Origin: Amoebophrya sp. A120
Taxonomy: Eukaryota > Protista > Dinoflagellata
Direction of reading: 5' to 3'
Length of the DNA stretch: 64,000 bases
Assembly (NCBI GenBank): GCA_905178155.1
Contig: CAJINV010000002.1
Coordinates: 11,283,184 to 11,347,183 of the forward strand
This document shows, piece after piece, positions 13,802 through 28,182 of the stretch (position 1 is its first letter; each line of letters begins with the position of its first letter). Under the pieces are notes generated by a model. The model searched no databases. It was not told the DNA's origin and saw nothing but the letters and a program-made list of their open reading frames with translations. The translations under genes were made by a program, and so were the position numbers.

Positions 13802-16800
13802 TCAGACGACAGTTCTGGAAAAATGCAAATAGCCATGGGCATGGCGCATAGAGAAAGAAATTGCATGCGATGCCGATGCGCCTATGTTTTCATGGCGTCT
13901 ACCTGTCGATGTCAGAGACAAATTCCATGTGATAAGTCTGATCAGAAATTCTGAGCTTGGTGAGGTTTGTAGTGTGGTCGAGAATAGCGACCGATGAGGT
14001 GGACCCGCCATTGCGCCGTAGTCCTGAGCGGCCTTATTGGCTCCCCCAAAAACAGCATTCCTTGGTTGAATTGCGGCTGTCTGTCCACCCTTGGAAGCGC
14101 CGGCATTGCACCTGTTCCCTACAAAAGCCGCAGCAGGAGCTGGTCTAGTTTTCATTTTACAAGAGCCAGTGCCAGGTAGAGCCCCAGCTGAGCAGATACC
14201 GCCCTCGTCATCATCTGCGGCCGCAAAAGTTCCTGCGGTCAGTGCCTTCTTGCCAGCGCCTCCGCCTGCGGTGGTCCTCTCCGCATTATGATCTTGTCGT
14301 ACAACCGGCCGTGGAGGGCGAGGGATCATCTGGAGGAGTTCTTCCGTGGGATTGGTTTTCCGATCTCGGAGGTTTGTGACTTTGTCTAATCCCTGTAGCG
14401 GGGGCGGTGCCGCAACTACATTCAGCGGCGCTTGTTTGCCGTTGCAGGTGCGGCCGTCACCGCCAGCCAGTACCTGCAGGTGCGTAAAACCGCTGCTCGT
14501 GTTCGCTGAGGTTACCGACCAACCAGATGTTGTTGAAGACTCCTGTGTGCTAGTGGTGGCCACTATGCCATGCAAGTTTCCCTCCGCACACTTCGGCCGG
14601 TGCGCAGTGGGCGACTACATGATCATAAACATGGTCAAAGGAAGCAAAAAGACACACACCTGGTAGTGCACCCAAGAGGTGGATCATGAAAAAGCTTCGC
14701 AATTCCTAAGTACCCTACACTTGTTCACCTTGCGACGCCGAGGCGCAGGAAAGCGATCATAACAGTGGGGTGTTATATTTATGAGAAATTCGCGCACAGC
14801 ACCTTTCGAACGAGTGGAGATTTCGTTTTTTCAAATGGATAGTGACAAGATCACCCCCTTGGCGCGGGCTGAGAAACCCGGAAGTGGACATTACCTTCTG
14901 GAAGATCGGGGGACGGGTGCTTGTATACATTGCAAAAATATACCGCGGCGATTGTGTGTAGTTGTAAAGTACGTACAGGCGCAACAAGCGTATTAGAATT
15001 AGTACAGCATATTACAGCATTCAATGCTCCACCCGAGCCCGATAAAAACGAAAGAGAAAGCATCTGCTTCTGCTGTAATTTATGCAATGTGTACGTACTT
15101 GTAAAAAGAAGACTGCGATACTTTTGCACATCAGCATAGGCAAACGGCGGCGACAGAAACCCCGGCCGTGCGGCAAAGGACGGCTTCTGCTGAATGAATT
15201 TTGAGTTCGCCGCAGGGCGAGGGTTTGATCCAAGAACTGCACTCCGCTCAGGACGACCCGCGTCGCGGTCACTACCTGACTCTGTGGTTTGAATTTGATA
15301 GGGGTGGCGCTGCCGGTGCGCTTCAATATCCGGCACGTGCTGTAATTCCTCTACTGCTTGCGTAGTGGTACCGGTGAGGACGTTAGTCACGCAGTGACCC
15401 GAGTGAGTTGCGTTTCCGTTGGCGGCTACCTTCACGGCGGTTCCATTGGCACCGGTCGCGCGGCTTGGACCAGTTCCAGTGCGCGGGGGTCGTTGATCGT
15501 TTCCGATCCCGGCCCTGGATTTACTTGCTTCGGCATCGGCCCGCACAGTAGCGACACCTGTGCAACTAGTAGAAGGGCAATCTGTAACGGCCGCTACCGT
15601 ACGCGGAGTAAAAGAACGCATACCGCCGGAAAAAAGTGCTCTACCTTCGATCAGCGCGCTGCCCCAGGGCCGGGCCTTCGCCACGCCGGGCGCACCGACT
15701 GGTGCGGTACCAGCGGCCGGAGGACCAGCGGATTCCGGTACTCGATTCGGGACAGTGCTGTCAGTAGGATGAGGTGGACGAGCCGCGGTCATTTCAAGCT
15801 CTTCCAGCTCGTTCGCATCGAATTCCTCTGGAACGCAACCAACAAAAAAATCATCTTGATGATTTCTCTCCTCTTCAACAGCAGCCGTTTCTTGGTGGCG
15901 TGGAACTCGCATGAGGGTCGCATGCTCACTTTTGGTCAATAGGCAATTTTTATGTTTCATCATCTGCCTGCTTCTCAACGAAACTGACCCTTTTGCGTGA
16001 TTTTGTACTTGTCCGGGACTTGCTGCTCCTTCTCCTGTTATTTCATCTTCCCGGTCTGCCGCCGCTGGCGCTTTGCTCTGCGCGGGAGCGTTGTTCATCT
16101 GCGGCTCGTTTTGTTTCCTCCCCGCGTTTGCTTGGGTCTGTGCGCCGAAGCTGCACATCGACGTGGTGGTCTCGGCTGGAACTACCATCAGATCCTGCTC
16201 ATGCAGCAAAACCGTTGCCTCGGAGATACTGTCGCTCGTGCGACGTACCGGCTCGACTTCCACGCACGTCCTTTCCGGCGGAGCCACGGGACCAGCAGGC
16301 GCAGACAGGGCATAGCCATTCGCATTGACATTGAGACTGACGTTGCTGCAAATCCTGCTGCTACAAGTCGGAGTCACGTTAATATCCACCGCACGGTCGC
16401 TTCTACACGATTCTGCTACTGCTTCGGTGGGGTCGCCGCTAGTGGAGGACATCCCCACCACCGCCACCGTGTCGTGTTCATCTTTATCCACTTCTGCTGC
16501 TGGTTGTGAAAGCCCGAGTGCACCGCCTGATTGTGATGGTTGCTGTTTGCCTGGACAAGGAGTCCCGGATTTATTACATGGCCTCGCCGTCTGTTTCTGA
16601 AGAAGTGCGATGCTACTTCCCGCGACGTCCTGCTGCGTCCCCGCTGGGCCAACTGTCGCGGGGGCCGAGCGGTCCGCAGCCGGGGCAGCCACTGGCGGCG
16701 TTACGGACTCGGCAGCCGCGGTGGTAAAAGAATCGGGGCTGCAAGAGGAATCATCCCCGCCTCCGCGTCCTCGACTTGTGCCAGAACCAATCACCCTGTT

Positions 16801-17720
16801 TGGCACCTGTGCAAGCTCAAGCACGGGTTCTCGGAACTGGATTTGTCTTGAAGAAGACGGAGCCGAAGAAATTACACGGGCCACGTCTTTTTCCGACTGC
16901 CAAGAACTCTGGCCTTGCACCAGCGGCTGACACGACGTTGGAAACATCTTGGTCTTGCCAGTAGACTTGGCCTTTGCGTTCGCTGCAGCAGTGGGGGGAG
17001 GAGCCGACGTATCTTGATCTCGTCTCGGCCTTCCACCGGCATTTCTCGACCCAGTGCCCGGTGCTTCTCCGCAAGCCCCGGCGAAGCAGGCGGGGGGTCT
17101 GCTGCTGCAACTGGACATCGCTGCTGGAAAGATCGCGGTCGTTGCTGCCGGCGCGGCGGTGCAGGTGGCAAGTGGTTGTGGGGGTAGCACTTTCTGCCGC
17201 TGTTGTGGGGTGGTGGTACTTCGGATTGTCCGAGTACCCATGGTCGTACTGGGCCAGCCTGGTCGAGCATTCGGTCCACCAGTACTACCGCCGGAGCAAT
17301 TCGTCCTCGTGCTCCTGTAGCTAGGAAAGGCCACGGTCTGTGCACCCGAGCGCTGTGCCCCCGGGCACGAGGACGGTGGCGTCCGAATCGGGGGTGCCAC
17401 ACTGCGACTGCCCGCTGCGTAGTTCCACTGGTAGGAGCTCGGAGGCTGCGCTATCAACAGGAAACATTCCCCAACGGATGTGCAGCACACTACAACCTCG
17501 GAAACTGTACTACTCAACGTAGCAGAATCTGTTTTCTCATTAGTGTTACCACAAGACAGCTGGCTTGTTTTGCACAGCATGGCGGTAGCCGTTGTGCTTT
17601 TACCATCACATTTTATGTTGGGAAAACTCATGCTGCAAGTCAACAGCCTGCAGCGGGAGACGCGCCTACTACACCGAGCTGCAGCTGGTCTCCTACAATG
17701 CTGCAGGGGCTTGCGGCTAC
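13802..17720 (-). CDS. Large low-complexity (Ala/Pro/Ser/Thr/Gly-rich) protein of unknown function; probably extends to further exons at ~12765-13760 and ~17810-21658
   Basis: 930-aa and 257-aa open frames with disordered-protein composition; introner at 14924-15138. No domain recognised. Confidence 0.55.
14924..15138. mobile_element. Degenerate family-A introner
   Basis: tatacattgcaaaaata ... cgatacttttgcacatcagcata; removing 14920-15139 (ends in AG on the minus strand) joins GFLSPPFA|TRPPIFQK. Confidence 0.7.
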
Positions 17721-20700
17721 CCTGCAGTATTCGCTCTTAGTCTCACTTATGTTATTTTTTTAATCTTATCTTCTTCAGCCCGTGACAAGATAAATCATAC
17801 ACAACTTGTCTACGCACGGCCATTTTTGACAATACTAAAACGAGAGTCAATTTGCGAGCGGGAGTCGGGAGGAATATCTTGAACGATATGCGCAGCTTCT
17901 TGTGTTGGTACTCTACTCGTGATGTCGGTGAGATCTTCGTCGCCGCGAGGAAGCTGTCTAGAAGTACGGGAAGACGATACATCTCGGGTCGTCTCGCCAA
18001 ACAGCAGGCTTCGTTTTGGCATCTGGACCGAACGCGCCCCGGGCGGAACTGCAAAATCATGTTGATAGAATTTACAAGCTGCAACAAAGTACATTTTTGA
18101 AAGGCGAGCCGGAGCTGCTTTTTTGAGCGCCTTCTAAACCGAGTTCGCTGTAGTCGTGGAGGGTGTCTGTCACAACGCAAAGAAGGCAGTTTCCTCACGA
18201 TGATCGTCTCGCTCTTTCTGTTTTGTGCTCCTTCAGATTGCTACGATTACCGTTTTCGTACAACAAAGCGAAGGCAACCGTGGCGTATCTATCACTGGGG
18301 CCTTGTTGAAAGCGAATCAAACAGAAGAAACGGCAGTACTGGTGCCCGTTACACTCAAGAAAGTAATAAAAAAGTAGACGCCGAATTAAAAAAAATACTG
18401 TAGTGATTCCTGCTGGCGGCGAAGGTCGTCCCAGCCGTGGTGTTCGTTGCCCTTGTCGACGAACGCGCACTCAAGGGTGGAAAATGGTTGGTGGCCGTGC
18501 GCTCGCTTATGCGCCCCAGCGGCAAAAAAGAGAAAGATCCAGTTGTGGGAAAGACACCGCCCACCTGAAGACTGCTTGACGCGCACGAGCTGCCAGACGG
18601 CGGACTACCGCGCTCATCGGGTGGAGAGTCGTTCTTCCTTGTCGATGATGAATTCCCGGTATTTTCGTCCCTGCTAAGATGTGCCACTTTTTCCTTTGTG
18701 GAAAGAAACTGCATTTCGTTCCTGTCTCTCGGTCTTACCAGGTGCTGTGACGCTTCGACATCTCCTCGCGGCTCATGATGTGGCAGTCCGATGCAACATG
18801 CCTGATCGTGGTCTCCGGCGGGTTTGTGGAGGGCGCGTCGGGCCGCTGCTGATGGTGGAACTGCACAAGTGGAAGCGCCACCGAACCTCTGTAGGGCGGA
18901 TGAAAATGAAGGATCAACTCCGAACCGGCCGCCCGCCGGACGGTTTTCCTGACCATGAAGATGGCCTGGCGTCCAACTCCTGTCATCTTCACTGTCATCG
19001 CGAAGTCGGCGGAGATGACGACTTTCGTCGATGGAGGCCTCTCGAGTGTGGGGCGCCTGGGTACCCACGGGTACCAACATCGACTCTGTGCGGACATCAA
19101 CCCTCCTATCACGAGGAAAAAAGCAATCCCCCTTCCCTGTGCTGAGAGGACGAGTCTTCGAGTCGGTTGTCGCTTCTGTGCGACTGTTGAGTACGCAGGT
19201 CTATTACACTGCTTGCCAGCTTTCAGTGCGTATTGCATGAGGGGCAAAAACAGCCTCTTCTTTCTGTTGCATTTTCAACTGCAAAAATCTTCTTCGTTGG
19301 GTGTGTGTGTGTGGGGGGAGAGAGGGGATCTTTTCATGAAGATACCTTTGGTGCGGAAAGGACTCGGGACGCGGAAATCGACTTTCCTTGGACAGCTGCC
19401 GCCTCTTGGTTGCCTATCCTGTGCAAACACGTCTCCGCCCCATAGTCAAGAACATGAAGTTGACGAAGTTGCCAAGGGAAACTCGGAGAATACACGCACG
19501 GCATGACCACTCATTTCCGACTAGTACTGCGGACGGTCACAGAGATGCAGAACTCTCACTATTCTGTAGTTGATGTTTTTAAGTACTCGCACTCATATGT
19601 AGTGTCCTCCAAAGATTAATACTACAAACTGTCAGTTGACTTGTGCTCGATGTGGTAGAAAAATTACGCATCTTCTGGATTCATCCTTAGAAAATAATAC
19701 TACTAAACGACTGTACTACTACGACGCATTCATGGTTAGACTCTCGGGACCTGATCGCGTTTTTCCACAGGATAGAGCCCGCGGCCGCCGCAGTGAGGTG
19801 CACTCTGCGGAGGTGTCGCCATCGTTTTCCGGACCCCGCTCTTGTGGCGGAACTACCACTGCAGGGGCCGATGGGGTGGGCACGCTTGCCTTACGTTCTT
19901 GCTGAGGACTGATCTTCGATCGGCACGGTTCCGCCCTGTCGGCAACATCGTCGACACTGTCGCTTGCCCGGTTCCTCGAGTGGGATTATTCGCCTGCAGA
20001 TTACAACCATTGCTAGCATCGCATCATGCACATGGAGATTGACAGCATGCAAAGAACCATAACAACACCTTCTACTCAACATCGGTCAGTAGTAAGAACA
20101 AAACTTGCCTGGATCTCAGCCTCAAGATGTGATACAATTACAATGTGGGCTATCATAGTACGATGTTGACGTAGACGTAGTTAATGATCGATGCATGGTC
20201 TATTTTTTCGAAATTGACCACACTGTGCACTCCCATAAACATTGCAACGGGATGCGGGGTCAAGCACTTCACTTGACCTTGGCCTCCTCAAATATATCTT
20301 TCTTGAGTCACGACCAACGCGACAACGAATGTGAGCAGTTTCGCGCTATGCTAACTGTTTCGCACATGATAAACCCGGGTGCTTGCTAAGATCTACGTCG
20401 ACGGCAATCGGAATGGAGCAACTTGTGCTGCTGGCCTGGATATGGATTGCAAAAGTATCACTGTAGACCACGTACATCGTACCATTTGCAGTGACGATTG
20501 GAAGCACGTTCCCGCACCTTCGTTGGTGGCATGTACATATAGAATTTTTTTCTTTGATGCCATGATTTCTGCAAAGAATTATTCAACAACTGGTGTACGT
20601 AAAACTAAAATCGCAGAATTTGGACAAAAAAATGCAGATGTTCGCATCGCTTACGATAGTTTTGCAATGCGTAGAATGCTTCGGAGGAAGAAGTGGAGGA

Positions 20701-22362
20701 ACAGCCGAGCGCCGTTTTGGAGGAGCTCGCTGTCGTATTCTTGCTTGTTATGCTGATTTCCCGCGTGATATGCCACGCAAATTGTTTACCGGAGGACACA
20801 TGCACAACAAGAAGGAAAATTCAAGGTAGATCCTCACCGCAATAGCAATAGCAATTTGACGACTACCAGTACACAAAAAGTCCGAAACTGCAGAATATTG
20901 AAAGAGTGAAGAACAAGGTGTTTGGTCATGTTCATGCAAGAACGACCTCGACCGCAAAGTCAGGATGTACAGTGCTACAACATGCACCAAGGTAAATGAC
21001 ATTTGCTCCGTGGATACTGCAAGTTCTCTCGTCGCGACGCTCCTCCACAGAGCTGTTCCGATCTGTTCGTAGAGGTGCAACTGGTTCCCCTTGCATTCCT
21101 TATTTGCGCACCTGGCTGTAATGATAGTGCGTGTGGCTCCACAGCAACAGCTGCTATCCCGACCTCGGCACCTCCCGGCGGACGCCCCCCTGTACTAGGA
21201 GGCGGCGCGAGCCCCGCAATTCTCGGTGGCAGGAAAGGACTCTGAAAGCCCGCTCTCGGCGTTGCAGCCGGCGGTGGCAAAGCTACCAAAACGCGCGTGC
21301 CCAACAAAGTGCGCTCTTGCACTTTCCCTGCTGCTTGATATGGGTTCTGCCCGATACCCGCTTGGTTTGCACTGGGATCTACCACATCCACAGCGTCCAC
21401 AACTTGGTGCGCGCCCCTGGTGTCGTTGTTGATTCCCTGTTGGCCCTGGCTGCAACGCTTCGAGAAAGACGTCGCCCGTTCTGCCAGGGGCCTCCGCGCG
21501 GATGCGTCCTGCCCCTGGTGTTCCCTTGGTGCATGAAAGACTCCACGCAACGCGGCTGGCAGAAAAGCACTAGCCCAGTTTTCTTTTTCGTTCCCTTGGC
21601 GAACACCCTTCTTAGGCCCCCCGGAAAAAACCATAGAGGGCATCATGGTCCTGCGCACAGCCAGGAAAGTCGTGAGGCACTCGGATGCTAAACTACGACT
21701 ATTGCTAGTATTGTCTGATGGTGTACTTGTAGTCGCTTCTTGCAGCAGTTCAATGCTACACTTTTAAGAACTTCCTTCGATCTTTGTGCCCAAGCCCCAC
21801 TCAATGTCAGTTGATGCAGATGCCATGCACATTGATATTATCTCAAATCAATAAACAAAATGTAAATGAACAATGGTACAGCATCTGTCCAATGTTGCCA
21901 TGCTTTGCTTTACTGCTGTCAATCTTCAGAATAAATAGCAAAGTGTCTCTTTGAATGAATGATGCGATACTACACTCCGCGCATGGATCTGCTGTGCTAA
22001 TCATGAGCAAGCTTGCAGATATTCCTGTTCCTACACTGGCTACTGGAATTTTCAGTTACTGCATGTATGCTTTTGTCTTTGTGTGCTTTTCAGATGTATG
22101 TTGAAAGAAGGGAACATCAAGCACCAAACACAACAAGCCTGGAACTAACCTCCCATCGAGGTTGTGCATCAGTCTCAGGATAGAGACGAAGATGTATGTC
22201 GGCATCCAAACATAAAAAGTCGGTATGATTTTTCACCAGCACATTGATTCTTCCGTTTAATTTCATTTTTTCGCTTTCGCAACAGCAACTACATAGAAGA
22301 TCGCCCATCGATTCAACCGCAAAAAAAATGATGTGCTTGCGCCATTCCAAAGGACGTGACCG

Positions 22363-23437
22363 TCAGCAAAGCAGGGCGTCTGAGAGGCGTTGAAACGGTA
22401 TTCTGCCCACTTGGTCTGGGTCCAGCTCGCAGATTATAGCTGGCTCAGGTGGTCGCGCAAGAAGGGTCTCAACTACAACTGTCACGATTTGAAGCTTTTG
22501 GAGATTTGTGATGACAAGAGCTGCATACACAGGCCCATCCTGCTCAGAGGAATTCGGGTGGAAAGGTATGGCTCTGGAACTGGAGATGTTCATCTTCATC
22601 AAGATGAAACCGCATGGTATGAGCAGAGTCAGAATCCAGTATTCAAATTCGCACTGTAAGTGTTATTCATGCAAGACCAGCTTTCGTTGCGGCGGCTGAG
22701 ATTGATGCTTGTAAGAACACCTGAGTAGGCTGTACGAGTCAAGGTGTCTGCCTGTTCTGCTGTCAGCTTCTCTCCGAGGTTGGTCGAGATGTACCTGATT
22801 ACCTCCATGGACACTGTGTCCCTTTCGTCGATAAACATACGGAAACGCTCACGCAGCACGTCCGGCGAAAAGACGCCGTCGCGAAAATTCCGGAGGATGC
22901 ATTTTTGTAAGATCTCGCCGAAGTGCTCGAAGTTGACGCCTTTATTTTTCTTCGTACTGAACTCAAGGGGGATCCCGTACGCACCCTTGGCCTCCACCAT
23001 CGCCGCGAATTCGGCTTCTGTCACCAGCGCCCCGCCGGCTTGCAGGGCAAGAAATGTGTTCTGTTTATTTAACACGCCCTTCCCGGTCTTGTCGTAGTAC
23101 ATGAACACCATGCGGTCGCGAGCGCGACGCTTCTCGAACGAAATGGACTCGAATACACGTATGGAAATGCCGAAAAGCTCTATCACCACTGGAAGTTCTG
23201 GCAATAATACTACGTAGGCTCAGCATGCAAGAAACGGAAACCGTCTCACTCTTTTTTTCATGAGTTCCGTCATGATGCTGATGCAGCAGTGAGTAGATGA
23301 GCATGAACCGCAATACTTGTTTTGCGGATAGACCTGCTATACAGACTACGCCTAGGATCGTGTCTTGATGAAATAACAACAAAACTGCACGAACAACTGC
23401 TTGCGATAGCCCTTGTCATTTCCATACCTCCCGGCAT
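22363..23437 (-). CDS. Calmodulin/myosin-light-chain-like EF-hand protein, 165 aa; exons 23437-23428, 23155-22736, 22430-22363
   Basis: MPGVFESISFEKRRARDRMVFMYYDKTGKGVL...GVNFEHF...LRERFRMF...IRYISTNLGEKLTAEQADTLTRELDPDQVGRIPFQRL; NLGEKLT is typical of calmodulin-family proteins; spliced length 498 nt is a multiple of 3. Confidence 0.88.
22435..22734. mobile_element. Introner (one end is a TAC variant)
   Basis: TIR tatagctggctcaggtggtc / tacagcctactcaggtgttc; joins DTLTR|ELDPD. Confidence 0.85.
23160..23426. mobile_element. Introner
   Basis: TIR tatggaaatg at both ends; joins MPGV|FES 10 nt after the ATG. Confidence 0.85.
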
Positions 23438-24454
23438 GATTTGATGAAGTAGATATCTCTTTGATGTTTCCCGACGGCAGATTGCATACGAATTTGACCG
23501 GATGGCAAATCAATGGGCATTCAACTCAGATTCAATCAAGGTCAAAGTCTTTTTAGCAAAAAAAGTGGTCTGTACACCACAGCATTTGTACCTGCAGTGC
23601 AAAGTAGCAGGAAGCTAAAATATATGACCTCTCCTAGTAGTTTCAAAAGCTGCTCGCTGTCCAGCCTTGTGCTTGAGATGCTTTGTTATACGCTGGACCG
23701 CTTCCAGCAAGATGAGTTGGCACCATGTCCAGAATTCTAACTAATACGCTAGGCAAATGCATAACTTCCAACAAGTCAGCGATGGCAATATCTTCCTCTG
23801 TGCTCGTCACAGTGCGAGGGCTCCTTTACAGGATAGAGACAAGTGGTTGCGCATTTTTCCTGCTCTGCTGGTACCGCGAGCACAACTCAATATGCATCGC
23901 GGAGGTGGTACGCAACCGCGACTAGCTGGACACAAATCAAGAGATTTCTTCGAAGCGCCATTTAATGTTCAGACATTTGCCGTCATTAGCGGCAGCGAAA
24001 GATTATCATACATTTGTTTGGTACGATTTACGCTCTGTATCTTTCACCGTCTGCGCGTGCGCCTGCGCGTCGTTTGTAGACATTATTTCTTTGTGTCGAG
24101 GAGTAAAAAGAAAAAGTCACGCGTTCCTCTTCCTCCTCCTGGTTGCTGTAGTTACAGCTGCAAACGGCACAAAAAGACACAGCAGCGCAACTGGGTCCGC
24201 TTTGCCTTTGCAAGAGTAAAAAATGCCTCGTCACCTTTGCTTCATTTTCAGTTGTTCTGCTTCATTGGAAAAAAATACATTCGTACAGATTATCAAGTCG
24301 ACAACGGAGTCCATTTTGAGCTGTTGGCGAACCGACTACATGAAAAATGACTCTGACGCGATGCGTTCTTCAAGTGTTGTAGTTTGAATTTCATTGTACT
24401 CGTTCTGCTCTTGATACATTCCCGATTTGAAGATGTCGCTCCCGCCGGGCTCGG

Positions 24455-27400
24455 CTACATGCCATACACGACGTCCCGAGCGTATACCTCTTCGTGGTCG
24501 GCGCTTCTGCGACTCTTCATCGGTTGCAGAATCTTTTCCGGCTGCTCTTGCAACAGGCTGGACTGCAGGTCTTCGAACGGGGAGTGTGTGCCCAGGACTG
24601 GGTGCGCCGCAAGGCTCGAGCATTGCCCCACGCAGAACCGACAAGCTTCGGAGCTGCTGTCGACCTCACACTTGCTTTTGCACGGCTCAAAGCAGGTACT
24701 GGGAATGCTACAATCGTTTCCGAGGTACTCGGCCCAGCAGGTGCATCGGCCGTTCATGCAGGCCCCGTTACCGGAGCAGTCGCTGGGGCACCTCGGTAGG
24801 TCGCAGTTGGGACCCATCATCTTCGCATCCTGGCACTCCTGGACCTCGCAGATGCTACCCGTGAATCCGGGCTGGCAGCTGCACTGACCCATCAGGCAAA
24901 GCCCGTTGCCACTGCACCCGCTCGGGCACTGGGCCAGTGTGGTCTCGAAGCTTTTCGTCGAGCAATCGTCTCCAGCAAACCCCGCTTTGCAGCGGCACTC
25001 GCCGGGTGAGTCTTGCATCGCAAACACGCACTCGCCATTGCTGCTGCAGTCGTTCTTGCACTTTATGAACTGCAAAAGTATCGTATTCGTACTCGTATAA
25101 ATGCATTACAAATTTCCTCAGCAAGAGAAATGGAATTTGTCATGCGGATTTACCTTCGTAACAAGATTTGTAATGTTGCAAGACTTGCATTTATACGAAT
25201 ACGATACTTTTGCACAGGATACACTTCGGGTCCCGGCAATTGGCTCCAGCCCAACCGGGATCGCACAGGCACGTAGCGTCACTTCCACAGACACCGTGAC
25301 TACCGCAGTCGTAGGGGCATTGGTGGGTAGAGCAGTCGTCCCCCCCGAAGCCCGCCGCGCATGTACAGGTTCCTTCTTCACTGCACACGCCCTGGCCGTG
25401 GCAAGCGTTCCACTTCCGCAGCGTTTCGTCGTATCTTCCGGGGCACTGCGGGGCCTGGCAAAATTCCCCCGTCCAATACTATGGCCCACTCAAGTGTTCA
25501 GAATTTCATCTGCCCCAACCATGATTCATGTACGTGTAGTCGTTGTCGTGCCGCGTAGAATAAAGAATTGCCTGACATCGAATTGTCCAGGCTCTTTGCA
25601 ATACACATTATAATTTCATGTTCATCGTAACAGACACTAAAACCAACATGCTGCGCTAGCAGTACCCTACGAAATGTCTCTTGAGGAAGTTGCAGTCTGA
25701 CGCCTGAGCTTGCAACATCTGAGTGGGGCATAGCTTCATTTCGCAAACGCACATACCACGACTCGAATCGCATCGCCCATGCCCGCTGCAACCGCCGTCA
25801 GGTCCGCAGACCTGGTCTGAGACCTCCGCCAGCGGTCCCCCGAGCCCGGTGATCGCCGCCGGCCCCGCCTCCGAGGTTCCACCTCCCGCACCTCCCCCCG
25901 CTCCCGGACCGGCCGCATCTGCGGCCGGCGCGCCCGCCGCCAGAAACTGCAATTCGCATTTTTCGCCTTGCCACCCCTGATTGCAGCTGCATTTGCCGTT
26001 AAGGCAGAGACCCCGACCGTTGCAGTTGTCTGGGCATGAGGATGCGACGGGCGTGCTGCAGCTAGCCCCAATCCATCCGGTTTTACAGACACAGTTCCCA
26101 TTCGAGCACACACCGTTCACACCGCAGCCGGGGTCGCAAGTAGCCACGTCGAGCACGGGAGCGGGCGGTGCTAGCGCCCTGTTCTCGCAGTTTTCCCCGG
26201 AGTAGCCGGCTTCGCAAACGCAGAGCCCAGGCTGGTCGCAGGTCCCGTGCCCGTTGCAACAGCTGCGTGCGGCGCAGTCCACGCCCTTGAAGCCCTCGAA
26301 ACACATGCACTGCCCGTTCATGCAGTGCCCGTTGTGTGAGCACTCGTTCAAATATGGTGTTGCACAACCCGCCCTCACGATCCTCCTTCTCATCTAGGAT
26401 TCATAGTGCTGAGTCATTGTCATGTCCTACTAGCCCGTTAGTTCGGCGTGACCCTGTACGAAAATCTTCGAAGGGGGCAAATGCCACAATACAGTCGGGG
26501 GATGTATTTTCGCACAAGTAGAGAACCAGTCTAGGCGTTACTTCGTTCTGTTGGGGGCGTGTCTGTGCCCCGGCTCTCACTCGTCCACTAAATGAAGGGG
26601 TGGGGAACAAGCGGTGCGCTCTCATAGCGGACACGCGTGCTGGCACGACAAGCCCGAGTATCCGGGGTAACACTCGCAGGTCCCGACATTGCACACGCCA
26701 CGGTGACTGCAGGCGTCGGGGCAAGGCTTGGACTTGAGCTTGCGGAGCGTAGATATCAGACTTAGTGGTGTTGGACTCGGACGTGGCCGCGCTTTTTGTA
26801 AATTCAGAGTCACGACAAGGCCCTGCTGCGACAGAGTACTGCAATCTGGTCCAGTGTAGCCCGGGTTGCACTCGCACTTTCCCTCGGTGTTGCAGTATCC
26901 GAACCCGTTGCAGTCCCGCGGACACCGCTGAAAATCACACGCTCGCCCGAACGTGTCCGGGCCGCAAATGCACATGCCTCCGACGCACAACCCCTTCAGG
27001 TTGCAGTCCTTCTCGCAACGCGGCGTGTCGCAGGCTTTGCCCGTGTATTTCGCATCGCAGGTGCACACTTCGGTCGACGCCCCATCGGGCCCAGTGACTG
27101 TTGTCAGCTTGCCGTTGCCGCTGCAAGGAACTAAGGCCGCGCCGGCTGTTGTAGAGGACGACCCCTTCTGCCCCCTGGCATTTAGGCTGGCGAAAGTGTT
27201 CGCTTCTTCGTTCTGCAAAAGCGACATCGAATTCTTCATCAGCCATGACTGTTCAGGAACGGCCTCAAAAGCATCATCGAGACCGCCGCGGCCGTGTCGC
27301 GCGGACCGTACCGAAATCATCGCCGCATTGTTAGTCGCTGGCGCGAGCGCAGGACCGCTAGACGAGGACACCTGCGTCAATGCAACCGACTGGGAGCGAT

Positions 27401-28182
27401 GTTGCGACGATGTTTCAGCTCCATTCGACTGTTTCTCAGAATCAGCTTGAGTTTGCTCATGCTGCGAAGTGAGCAACCCCAAAAGCTGCTCTTGTTGCGC
27501 TAGCATGAAACGTAAAAGCATCATCGTCCTCATCAACTCCTACAACCAACATCAACAACTTCCTTGATGCATGCAAGACAGGATTACACATGAGTATCAG
27601 TTAAAGTTATGCATTATTTCCAGAATACTTTGGGAAGAAGATGAGGGCAACCACAATTTCACGAATGATATGTGCCAGCGCCACTCCAAAAACAGGCCAG
27701 GCAGCGGACATCGGTTCTTCTTGCTTTGTCTTTGACCCAATATGCTTCTTACCAGCCTCCGTTTGGACTTGAACAAAAGACAGCTTCTTCGCTTTCTTTT
27801 TGTGCGGATTAGGTCTGTTAAGAACTTGTCTTGGCAGCTTCTCTATTTTGAGATCAAGTGTCGTCACCTGAGGTGAAGCCGCTGCCCCGCCAGCCGATGC
27901 AGTACTTGTTCCACTACGCTCAGCCCGGCCGGAGGTAGACTTGGTACCGTTCTTGCTTTTGGTTGACGCGTACCCATCACGTTTTGCGACGCGACCACCT
28001 GCCTGTGCAGGATTATACTTCTGCCGCTTGGTGTCGCTGATTAGTAATTCCGCCTCTGCTACTGAAGTTCTTGCAGCGCTCTCGAGACCAGCTTTCAGTG
28101 ACGAGCGAGCAACGTCTTTCATCTGCGCCGCATCTGATTTCGCGAAAAGAGCGTCGATGCGGGCCTTTGCCGAAGATGGCAA
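24455..28182 (-). CDS. Tenascin/teneurin-type EGF-repeat protein; exons ~28182-27700, ~27540-26628, 26348-25734, 25475-25223, 25059-24455
   Basis: Many CP.DCSG.G.C..G.C.C..G(F/Y/W).G.DC repeats; three introners removed restore CP|NECSHNG, CVCEMK|WTGEFC and DPKC|KNDC. 5' part approximate; it may be the same gene as 30502-32170. Confidence 0.88.
25064..25221. mobile_element. Family-A introner, TSD cactt
   Basis: tatgaactgcaaaagtatcgtattcgta ... tacgaatacgatacttttgcacaggata; exact TSD at 25059-63 and 25222-26. Confidence 0.95.
25480..25732. mobile_element. Introner
   Basis: TIR tatggcccactcaagtgtt / tatgccccactcagatgtt; flanks diverged; removing element plus 5 nt restores the C-x8-C EGF spacing. 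Confidence 0.85.
26353..26626. mobile_element. Degenerate introner
   Basis: tatggtgttgcac / tatgagagcgcac; removal gives ACP|NECSHNGHC. Confidence 0.75.

Noticed and set aside
14851-15139. C-terminus of the 930-aa ORF
   Set aside because: It reads through a degenerate introner (QKYR is the translated TIR); the real frame probably changes after splicing.
27595-27670. Possible 76-bp tatca...tgata element
   Set aside because: Removal does not join the flanking ORFs in frame and the TIR is only ~5 bp.
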